From the IMG/VR virus record IMGVR_UViG_3300047560_001581, positions 2,453-66,452 of that record: a stretch of 64,000 nt of DNA; one strand, 5' to 3'. A program made the position numbers and the translations under genes. Under the pieces are notes generated by a model. The model was not told the DNA's origin. It did no database searches and saw only the letters and a program-made list of their open reading frames with translations. Positions 48,441 through 56,903 of this stretch are shown piece after piece. This stretch comes from a virus. The first letter of the stretch is position 1; every line of letters begins with the position of its first letter.

Positions 48441-48716
48441 TTACATTCCTGCTAACAAGAATGGATTCATAGTATCCGGTATAGTTACAGTAGCAAAACT
48501 TAAATTACCCGACCCATCAGTTGAGATTAGTTGTCCAGATGTACCACCTGAAATGTGTACGTTTGATATAGTGCCCAATGTTACGTTCCCTGTCAAAGGG
48601 TTTGACAAATCTGAATTCTTAAAATTTCTCCAAGCACCAGTTGTGCTTGAATAGATAAATGTTCTACCATACTGAGTATATGTTTGACCGTCTGTTGGAC
48701 TTGTTGGGAATGCCAT
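48441..48716 (-). CDS. Minimal fibre/linker protein
   Basis: N-terminal MAFPTSPTDGQT (shared with 24367..25629), one GQLISTDGSGNLSF knob and C-terminal MNPFLLAGM. Confidence 0.6.
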   Translation of the reverse strand: MAFPTSPTDGQTYTQYGRTFIYSSTTGAWRNFKNSDLSNPLTGNVTLGTISNVHISGGTSGQLISTDGSGNLSFATVTIPDTMNPFLLAGM

Positions 48717-48725
48717 ATCTTTTCC

Positions 48726-49103
48726 TTATAACCAATTGTTAGCCATATTTTGTACAGCTATTTTATAAACTTCTGCTAGTTGTGCAATAGTAATCTCTGT
48801 AATTGTGTTATCAGTTAACTTCCATTGAACATTAGTGTCATTGTAATTCTTTTCGTATGCTTCGCCTACAGTCAATCCGTTGAACAAATCACTATTGAAG
48901 TCAGTATTCGCTATTTGCAAATAGCGAATCATTCTATTCATACTGGTTTCATCCGCATCAAACACACAGTCATTGAATGTTACGGTAGCAGTGTAGATTC
49001 TCTCTGTCTTTTGTGCTTTTGTACCCTTAACTGGATCTTCGGTGAATGTGTACACCTTCTTAAACATTTGTGGGGCGATTTCAACTATTTTACTTTCTAA
49101 CAT
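48726..49103 (-). CDS. DUF4376-like tail-fibre-associated protein
   Basis: FDADETSMNRM and VQWKLTDNT pattern. Confidence 0.6.
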   Translation of the reverse strand: MLESKIVEIAPQMFKKVYTFTEDPVKGTKAQKTERIYTATVTFNDCVFDADETSMNRMIRYLQIANTDFNSDLFNGLTVGEAYEKNYNDTNVQWKLTDNTITEITIAQLAEVYKIAVQNMANNWL

Positions 49104-51616
49104 TATGCTGACTTTCTTAGATTAAGTTGAACTTTTGTAATTTCAGAGAATGCAGGGTTGTTGGTTAATTTAAACTGAATTGACCTTGCATTTGTGGTAA
49201 TAGTATTTGATGTTTGTACAATGTTACCAGACACTACCGATGTTGTCATAGTAGGAGTTGTAATTGATGCTGGTAACGATACACTCGTAGGGGCACTTCC
49301 TTGTGCCGCAAATGTTAATGCGTACTTAGTTAAAGTTTTCAACCTTACATTGAATTGGTAAATTGTACCGTCTGCTGCCATAACGTATAATTTTGTACCG
49401 TCTGCTGAAATATCTAAACTTCTCAAGTATGTGGAAATAGTCACTGAGTTAGCTGGCCAATTAGTGTAGGTAGCGTTTGAAGCTGTAGAAGATGAATATG
49501 TCACCGATGCCCAGCTGTTAGACACACTCGCTGTTGTTGCAAACATATAGCCATCAATCCAACCTGATCCAAGACCAATAATAGTATTACCGTCAGGTGT
49601 AAAGCATTCATCACTTGTGTAAGGAGTGCCACTTGTGCTAGTCATTGTTCCTGAAATTGTTGTTATATCATATGCAGTACCGACAGAATGATACCAAGTC
49701 CACATTGACGCACTTTGTTGTGACTGAATCAATAATTGTGTACCAGTTCGATTGAATCTGCATCTTACTATCCTACCAGCACTAGATAAACCGGTGTACA
49801 GATATCCGTCTTTAACAACAATAGTACGAGTTGAATCAAAATCATGTGCCTTTGCAAATTTGTATTGATAGATTTTTGAACTAGCACTGGATGCCCCGCA
49901 TATCACAACAAAACTACTACCGTCTGGATTTATATCAAAACCAGATTGTGTAGTATAACTATTATCAGTAACGTTGATGTAGTTTTTGTAAGTTGCAGTA
50001 GATACATCCCATGGTGTAGATAGCACGTACTGATATACTCCTACGCCCAATGCACTAGTATTTCCGCCCAATACATAAAGATATGACCCATTACTACTAA
50101 TTCTCATATGCTGCTGGGCTAATATATTCTCGTATGCATTTGCAAAATTAGAAGTACCTGTATTAGTTTGAAAACTTTTATTGGAATACTTTATGTAATC
50201 AACTGCATTACTTGGATCTTGCTTAACTAACCCGTTTGATGTTTCCGTAACCCCAGTTAGAGTAACAGTAGTGGTACCATTTAGTATCACCGAATCACCA
50301 GTTGATAATAAACTTGATCCATCAAAACCAACAACAGCGGAAGTAGTAGTAGATGCTATTCCAGTAGTATATCCATTAACGTTGCCATCTAACTCCAAGT
50401 CTTGGTTAGTCCATGATAATGTTGGCGATAATTTAGATGTTGCAACTGAAGTAGTCGGCATTTTTAACCATGCATTAGTAGGGGCAGAGCTTAATCCAAA
50501 TGCCGAAATGTCAATGTTTTTACTTAATGCAATGTCAACGTTAAATGTAGCATGTTTTAGATACCCTGATCCAGTAGCTATTTGTGCAGGCAACAATGTC
50601 AGTGTCCCGTCTAAATTTATTAACGGTGACATATGATAACCAGACGAGTTGTTATAGACATAGGTTCCGTCACTGCATGTTAAGGTGATAGCAGTACCTA
50701 ATGTTCTAGGGTCCCATGCGGTTCCGGCAACTGCGGCATAAACATATGTTGATGAAGTAGTTGTAGCATACGATACCCAATACCATGTTTTACCGTCAGG
50801 TGAAATTTCAGTATTATACGCTGAATTCGGGATTGTAGCGGAGTAACTATACGAGGCAGTAGAGATATCCCATGCCGTAGTCATGGTACATTTATACCAG
50901 TTAGCAGAAGAAGAAAAAACCACTACAAATCCTAGACCATCTGGCTGTATTCTTAAAGAATGATACGCTGAACTAGCTGGCAAGCTAGAAATCGCCTTAG
51001 ATACCGTTTGTCCTGATACAACTGTTGATATATCCCAGGGCGTACCTAGTGTTAGTCTTTCTACCGTATAGTTTGATGTCCAATTCATCCTAAACAAATA
51101 TTTACCGTCAGGACTAAAATCTATACCAGCACAATTACTTAAAGTCTTGCCACTAGTAGTCGCAGTATTCATACTACCCACTGTACCGATATTAAATTCA
51201 AGCAACGTGCCATCACCCTTAACACCCCAAAACACTTTACCATCGGGTTTTAACTTGTATCCGTATGTATAATATGCGGCAGAAGTATACAATGCACTTA
51301 GCGGGGAAGCATTAGAACTTCTAGCAGAAATGATAGCAGGAGTAGATGTTTGCGTTTTTATAGTGCCGGTTGTAACTAAACCACATACACCACTGACTAC
51401 ATTGCTACCGTCAGTACTCAACAATATAGTATCATTTGAACTAACTCTTGTTTCATTTAAAACAGATAGATTGTTTGATGTAGTGTCTGCCGAACGAATA
51501 TTCAATGAGTTTGAGCCACCGGTGACTACTACTTGGTACTCATTCCAATTAGTATCACCCGCTTCTTGAGTGTAAATATTGCTTATAAAAGTAGCGTTTG
51601 CTGTGTATGCTTTCAT
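49103..51616 (-). CDS. Virion protein with two WD(I/V)ST-type beta-propellers
   Basis: Repeated (F/I)SPDG..L and L.TPWDIST blades in two blocks. Start at 51616 by TAATG coupling. Confidence 0.7.
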   Translation of the reverse strand: MKAYTANATFISNIYTQEAGDTNWNEYQVVVTGGSNSLNIRSADTTSNNLSVLNETRVSSNDTILLSTDGSNVVSGVCGLVTTGTIKTQTSTPAIISARSSNASPLSALYTSAAYYTYGYKLKPDGKVFWGVKGDGTLLEFNIGTVGSMNTATTSGKTLSNCAGIDFSPDGKYLFRMNWTSNYTVERLTLGTPWDISTVVSGQTVSKAISSLPASSAYHSLRIQPDGLGFVVVFSSSANWYKCTMTTAWDISTASYSYSATIPNSAYNTEISPDGKTWYWVSYATTTSSTYVYAAVAGTAWDPRTLGTAITLTCSDGTYVYNNSSGYHMSPLINLDGTLTLLPAQIATGSGYLKHATFNVDIALSKNIDISAFGLSSAPTNAWLKMPTTSVATSKLSPTLSWTNQDLELDGNVNGYTTGIASTTTSAVVGFDGSSLLSTGDSVILNGTTTVTLTGVTETSNGLVKQDPSNAVDYIKYSNKSFQTNTGTSNFANAYENILAQQHMRISSNGSYLYVLGGNTSALGVGVYQYVLSTPWDVSTATYKNYINVTDNSYTTQSGFDINPDGSSFVVICGASSASSKIYQYKFAKAHDFDSTRTIVVKDGYLYTGLSSAGRIVRCRFNRTGTQLLIQSQQSASMWTWYHSVGTAYDITTISGTMTSTSGTPYTSDECFTPDGNTIIGLGSGWIDGYMFATTASVSNSWASVTYSSSTASNATYTNWPANSVTISTYLRSLDISADGTKLYVMAADGTIYQFNVRLKTLTKYALTFAAQGSAPTSVSLPASITTPTMTTSVVSGNIVQTSNTITTNARSIQFKLTNNPAFSEITKVQLNLRKSA

Positions 51617-54195
51617 TATAGTGTCCAACCTGAATTATAACTGTTGTAACTGAAATCTGTCACAACGACTGCTGTATCATCTATATTTAGATTGACAACT
51701 AACACTGTTCTAGTATCTATTGATGAGGTAACTCCGCCCGAAACAACTTGGGTTGTCATGTAATGTGTTGTATTACTTGTTACTGCTGGCATTGTCCATG
51801 AGATACTACCGGCTGTTCTAGTAAAAGTTCCACCTGTTACCGATACGATATAAGCATATGAAGCATTATAGTTTGTGATAGTATATGTTTGAGTTGACAC
51901 TTCATTGGCTTGCGTAGGTCCAGTGACTGCAGGATCTGCTACAGTAGTCATCGGCATGATACTAGTTGTTACCCAAGTATTACCGTCATAAACATACAAT
52001 TCACCAGTCGTACCATTATCGTACCACATACCGCCTGCTGTGGGACTACTTGGTGGAGTTGAATTAACAGTTACACTTGCGCCGCCACCTGATGGTGCAG
52101 CAGCGAATACACCATTACCATACAAGATATTACTTGCGTTACCATCTTTGTTTATAACAGCGATGTTACCAATACCAGTGACATTTGCTACCGCTACTGA
52201 TAATGCAACGTTTGCTATGTTAGCGTTTGCACCCAAGCTATCAACAAAACTCTTTGTTACACGTGCATCAATTGCAGTATTTGCACGTGCTACTGTGTAA
52301 TATAAGTTTGTGCCTTCAGTTACGTTTGTAGTTGTCTTAGTTGCCAACCATGTATCAGCGGTAGATGTGAATGATGTAGTTGACAGTTTGTTAGCTAAAC
52401 TATTTGTAATTGTTGTTGAATAACTGGCGTCATTACCTAGAGCATCAGATAGTTCTTTTAATGTATCTAGCGCCGCTGGAGCTGAATTTACTAAGTTAGC
52501 AATTGAATCGTCAACATAAGTTATACTTGCATAAGTCTCTGAGTTAGAAATTGACTGCGTTAAGTCAGTAGGCTGAATTACGCCACCTAGAGTAGAAACT
52601 GTAGAGAATGTACCGCTAGCAGTGATGACAACGCCAGTTGGATCAGGTGTATCGGCAGTTGGTTTTGGAACCAGAGTAATAGCACCAGTAGTACCATCTG
52701 TCTTAATCGTTGCGCCGGCTAAGTCAATAGTAGACCCAGAAAGATACAAATCTTTCCAACGCTTTGTTGGGCTACCTAAGTTATATGTGATATTAGCAGA
52801 AGGTAAAATGTTTGCAGCAACATTGCCCCAATCAACAGTTCCGCTGCCTCCACCACTAGAACCACCTGCACCAGTAACTAGTGTTCTGATTTCAATCAAA
52901 CTACCATCAGTAGGTGTGCTACCAAAACTTACAGTGTCAGTGGTCAATGTATACGCATCACTTAACTGTAGTACGCCATCTACGTTAACTATTAAGAAAC
53001 TCTTGCTATCAGGAGTTACAGACAATTGGAAGCTGTTGTTACTTCCATCACCTGTGAATTGGTCAATAGATACGTCAGGTAATACAGGGCTTCCGCCAGC
53101 TGGTGCTACCCATGATAAGTTGCCAGCACCGTCAGTTTGTAGTACGTAGTTTGCTGTACCGCCACTGATAGTGATATTAGAAATATTACCTAAATTAACA
53201 GTACCATCAACAGTCAATGAACTCAACGTACCAACACTTGTGATATTCGGCTGTGCATTTGTATATACGGTACTAGCAAGTAAACTGTTACCAACTTGTC
53301 CTGATACATTAGCCCCGGCTACTGAGTTTGCGACATTAGCATATGCAACTTCACCTGATACGTTTGCACCTGCTACAGCATATGCAATGTTTGCTACATT
53401 GGCATTTGCACCTAAGCTATCAACGAAACTAGTAGTCACACGTGCATCAATTGCCGAGTTTGCCCTAGTAGTAGTAAAATACTGATTAGTACCTTCAGTT
53501 AGATTGCTAGTTGTCTGAGTTGCAATCCATGTGTTTGCAGTAGAACTAAAATCACTTGCACTTAATGTGTTTGCTAATTGATTAGTGATAGTAGTCGAGA
53601 AACTAGCATCATTACCCAATGCGTCTGCTAACTCTTTTAGTGTGTCGAGTGCAGCCGGTGCGCTTGCTACTAAGTTCGCTACAGCATTTGATACATCTGT
53701 TTGCGTAGCATAGCTGCTCATATCAGCAGATGTTAGGTATCCAGAATCATTAGTGAACGATGCAATTGTATATGCGTTACCATTTGCGTATAGCAAGTGG
53801 TCAGTTTTAACATTACCAATACTAGCGTTACCTGTAACAGATAAGTCTGTTAGCGTACCTAGACTAGTGATGTTAGGTTGAGCGTTAATATAAACTGTAC
53901 CTGCTACTAATGCGTTTGCTACTTGACCAGTAATGTTAGACCCACTAACATTAGTCAAATAAGAACCATTACCAACAAAGTAGTTAGCATCAACTGTATT
54001 ACCTAAGTTAGCATTGTTAGCTACAACTGCGTTAGCGGTAATGTTACCGGTAGCAGTAACGTTAGCAACTGTGATAGTACCAGTACCACCGCTCAATGAA
54101 GCATCAACATATGCTTTAGTAGCCGCATCTGAGCTACTTGACGGGTCGGTCAAGTTTCTAAGTTGCGTCGGTGATGGGAATGATAAGAATGCCAT
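51616..54195 (-). CDS. Modular tail fibre protein
   Basis: DAATKAYVD, two APAALDTLKEL modules, FTGDG domain, NLGSPTKRWKDLYLS and WYDNGTTGELYVY. Confidence 0.8.
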   Translation of the reverse strand: MAFLSFPSPTQLRNLTDPSSSSDAATKAYVDASLSGGTGTITVANVTATGNITANAVVANNANLGNTVDANYFVGNGSYLTNVSGSNITGQVANALVAGTVYINAQPNITSLGTLTDLSVTGNASIGNVKTDHLLYANGNAYTIASFTNDSGYLTSADMSSYATQTDVSNAVANLVASAPAALDTLKELADALGNDASFSTTITNQLANTLSASDFSSTANTWIATQTTSNLTEGTNQYFTTTRANSAIDARVTTSFVDSLGANANVANIAYAVAGANVSGEVAYANVANSVAGANVSGQVGNSLLASTVYTNAQPNITSVGTLSSLTVDGTVNLGNISNITISGGTANYVLQTDGAGNLSWVAPAGGSPVLPDVSIDQFTGDGSNNSFQLSVTPDSKSFLIVNVDGVLQLSDAYTLTTDTVSFGSTPTDGSLIEIRTLVTGAGGSSGGGSGTVDWGNVAANILPSANITYNLGSPTKRWKDLYLSGSTIDLAGATIKTDGTTGAITLVPKPTADTPDPTGVVITASGTFSTVSTLGGVIQPTDLTQSISNSETYASITYVDDSIANLVNSAPAALDTLKELSDALGNDASYSTTITNSLANKLSTTSFTSTADTWLATKTTTNVTEGTNLYYTVARANTAIDARVTKSFVDSLGANANIANVALSVAVANVTGIGNIAVINKDGNASNILYGNGVFAAAPSGGGASVTVNSTPPSSPTAGGMWYDNGTTGELYVYDGNTWVTTSIMPMTTVADPAVTGPTQANEVSTQTYTITNYNASYAYIVSVTGGTFTRTAGSISWTMPAVTSNTTHYMTTQVVSGGVTSSIDTRTVLVVNLNIDDTAVVVTDFSYNSYNSGWTL

Positions 54196-54196
54196 A

Positions 54197-56632
54197 TTAT
54201 GAAGTCGTTACAATAGAAGCCGCTTGGCTGAAGTTTGTGAATCCCCATACCTTATATGTGTATCCTGATATAGTTACAGTGCCAGTTGCGTCTGGTGTGT
54301 CTACAATATCAGAACCCAAGAATACGTGTTTAAATGTATGTGATGCAGATGTAGGTGTTGCTAGCCAGAGATAATCTGTAGCAGTAGTTGATGTAGTTGC
54401 TCCTTGTCCTAAAGCATAGTTACTAGTGTTATGTGAATCACTAGTTGTAAATGTAGGGACTGTGCTAGAATTTGTTATCTTCCAGAACAGTGGGTAATAC
54501 TTAGTTGCGGCTGTTACAGTACCTGTAACAGTAGATGGGATAGTTCTTGTACCTGCACCATATTGTCCTGCACCAGTATAATCAGTGCTTGAAATTGTAT
54601 AGTTCATTGTACTATCCAATGAAGTACTTGTACCAGAAGTTGCGCCGCTAGATGTTAAGCTGCCAGAAACACTGTTAGCAACGTTAGCATATGTTACGTT
54701 ACCAGATGCAACAACTGCACCTGACGTAGTTGTAGCTGTCCAGTTGAATGTCTGATTAACGCTCCAATATGGAACTGAACTTGTTGGGAACGAGCCAGTT
54801 AACGCTGTTACGTTAAACGGTACAGGCTGATTGTTTGTTAATGTTGTGCCAGTAGAAGCATACACGCCTCTGCTTGTAGTTAAGTTAACTGTCACTGTAT
54901 CTGATGCTGATGTTTGTACAGTAGAACTGAAATAAGTGTTTGGGATAGTGTATGTACCACCTGTACCACTAATACCCAATGCAGTAATGTTAGCACCAGT
55001 AACTGAACTACCACCAATAGTAATCGTATCAGTTGTTTTGATATCAAATGTTGCGTTTGCTACAGACAATACAATAGAAATATTTTGAGTGTTGACTGAT
55101 GTAGCGATATAGTTAGCGTATGCATTTTTACTTGTGCCGCCGCTAGCCCATGTATCAGTTGTAGTGATTGTTACAGGACCCAATTGATTGATTGTGAATA
55201 CACCAGCTGGGTATGTTGCGTTACCGTAATCAGCCGCAATAGACAATGCTGATCCAGACACAATAGTGTTTACGTTAGAAACAACACACGCAAAATAGTT
55301 ACCAGTTAATGATGTAGCCGGGATGTTTGTTAAGTAGTAACCATTACCAACGAAATAGTTAGCTGTCGCGGCATTACCTAAGTTTGCATTACCTGCAGTA
55401 ACGTTACCTGAGATATCAAGACTTGTTAATGTACCAACTGATGTAACGTTTGGTTGTGCTGCTGTTGTTACAGTACCAGCAGTGGTCGCAGAACTTACGG
55501 TACCGGTTACGTTTGCTCCTGCTACGCTATTAGCGGCATCAGCTACATATGCATGAGTTGCATTACCCACGTTACCAGTAACATTTGCACCCGCAATGCT
55601 AGTAAGACCTGCACCATTAGCAACGATGTTGTCTACTGTTAATGTTTTAGTAGATGCATCAAATGTTAGATTAGCACTACCAGCTAAGTTAGTACCATCA
55701 TTGTATTGAATCTGTGTATTAGAACCAGCTACATTAGCGTTACCTGTACCAGTGGCAGTTGACGGAGATGTCCAACTCAAGTTACCAGAACCGTCAGTTG
55801 TTAGTACATAACCTGATGTACCACCTGTAATCTTGATTGTGCTAGGTGCACCGAATGTCTTTAAACCAGTAACAGTCAGTGTACTCAATGTACCAACTGA
55901 TGTAATGTTTGGTTGTGCGTTAGTTGTGACAGTACCAGCAGTGTTTGCTGAATCTGCGGTATTCGCTACGTTAGCAAATTGTGCAGTTAAGTTAGCAACT
56001 TCAGTAGTTGATTTGATGAATAAAGGTTGCGTACCAGTCGCAACATTTGAAATAAAACTTGCACCCTTGATGTTACCATATGTGCCAGAGAATACACCGT
56101 CTGTTTCTGTACCATCTACGTAATATTCAAATGCTTGGGTGTCGTTAGCAAAGCCAAAGAATGCTTCTTTGTCAGATGATTTGAAATAGTGTACACGTAC
56201 ACCTACGTCTTTACCGTCATCTACTGTTAATGGTGCTAAGTTAGCTTCAGTGTGTAATTCGATTACGCTATCTGAATATGTTGTGTTGTTACTTGATACA
56301 GTTGTTGTAGTACCAGTGATAACTAAGTTACCATTTAGTACAGTGTTACCAGTAACTGTTAGACCTGTAAGTTCACCCAAACTAGTGATGTTAGGTTGAC
56401 TTGCAGTTAAGATTGTGCCTTCGAAATAATTTGCTGTTGCAAGATTACCCAAATTAGCATTGTGTGCCGTGATGTTTGCTGAGGTAAAGATGTTACCTTT
56501 AGTGCCAATACCACCTACAACAGTAAGGGCACCGGTTGCATTACTAGTTGCGGCGTCGGTACCATTGACCTCTAATACTGTGTCAATAGTTGCGTTGCCG
56601 TAAATTCTAGTGCCTGAACGTAGTAATGCCAT
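54197..56632 (-). CDS. Fibre segment (GTRIYG N-terminus)
   Basis: MALLRSGTRIYGNA, TGALTVVGGIG, DGKDVG..HY..FFG domain and AQPN modules. Confidence 0.7.
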   Translation of the reverse strand: MALLRSGTRIYGNATIDTVLEVNGTDAATSNATGALTVVGGIGTKGNIFTSANITAHNANLGNLATANYFEGTILTASQPNITSLGELTGLTVTGNTVLNGNLVITGTTTTVSSNNTTYSDSVIELHTEANLAPLTVDDGKDVGVRVHYFKSSDKEAFFGFANDTQAFEYYVDGTETDGVFSGTYGNIKGASFISNVATGTQPLFIKSTTEVANLTAQFANVANTADSANTAGTVTTNAQPNITSVGTLSTLTVTGLKTFGAPSTIKITGGTSGYVLTTDGSGNLSWTSPSTATGTGNANVAGSNTQIQYNDGTNLAGSANLTFDASTKTLTVDNIVANGAGLTSIAGANVTGNVGNATHAYVADAANSVAGANVTGTVSSATTAGTVTTAAQPNVTSVGTLTSLDISGNVTAGNANLGNAATANYFVGNGYYLTNIPATSLTGNYFACVVSNVNTIVSGSALSIAADYGNATYPAGVFTINQLGPVTITTTDTWASGGTSKNAYANYIATSVNTQNISIVLSVANATFDIKTTDTITIGGSSVTGANITALGISGTGGTYTIPNTYFSSTVQTSASDTVTVNLTTSRGVYASTGTTLTNNQPVPFNVTALTGSFPTSSVPYWSVNQTFNWTATTTSGAVVASGNVTYANVANSVSGSLTSSGATSGTSTSLDSTMNYTISSTDYTGAGQYGAGTRTIPSTVTGTVTAATKYYPLFWKITNSSTVPTFTTSDSHNTSNYALGQGATTSTTATDYLWLATPTSASHTFKHVFLGSDIVDTPDATGTVTISGYTYKVWGFTNFSQAASIVTTS

Positions 56633-56653
56633 ACTTTTTTACCTTACATATAC

Positions 56654-56887
56654 TTATGTAATCCCAGACACCTCATCAAAAACTCCGGAAATTTTTAGTA
56701 CACCCGTATTTAGCTGTTGCATTGCCTCGCTATTTTCGGTTCCACTATACTCATCCAATGTATAAGCAAACACCCCATCAGGGGTGATGCTTATACTGTT
56801 TTGACTAGTCTCATCAAATCCTACGCTACCACCTAGTGTAGCGTAGAGATTTCCAGAATTACTCAATCTAGCCGCGATGTTAGCCAT
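56654..56887 (-). CDS. 77-aa connector-like protein
   Basis: Homologous to the N- and C-termini of 60864..61790 (ARL.N.G.L, FDE, F...LDE, AM.Q...G.L....FDEV.GI); RBS GGAGGTGA. Confidence 0.65.
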   Translation of the reverse strand: MANIAARLSNSGNLYATLGGSVGFDETSQNSISITPDGVFAYTLDEYSGTENSEAMQQLNTGVLKISGVFDEVSGIT

Positions 56888-56903
56888 TTAGACTCACCTC
56901 CAA

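Noticed and set aside
25650-48716. Invertible shufflon-type tail fibre switch
   Set aside because: All cassettes lie on the same strand; no recombinase and no flanking inverted repeats were seen.
32576-51628. Longer ORF-track starts at 32594, 44210 and 51628 (also 2144, 3849, 8180, 11968)
   Set aside because: Downstream ATGs give stop/start coupling or follow clear RBSs, so the shorter starts were preferred.
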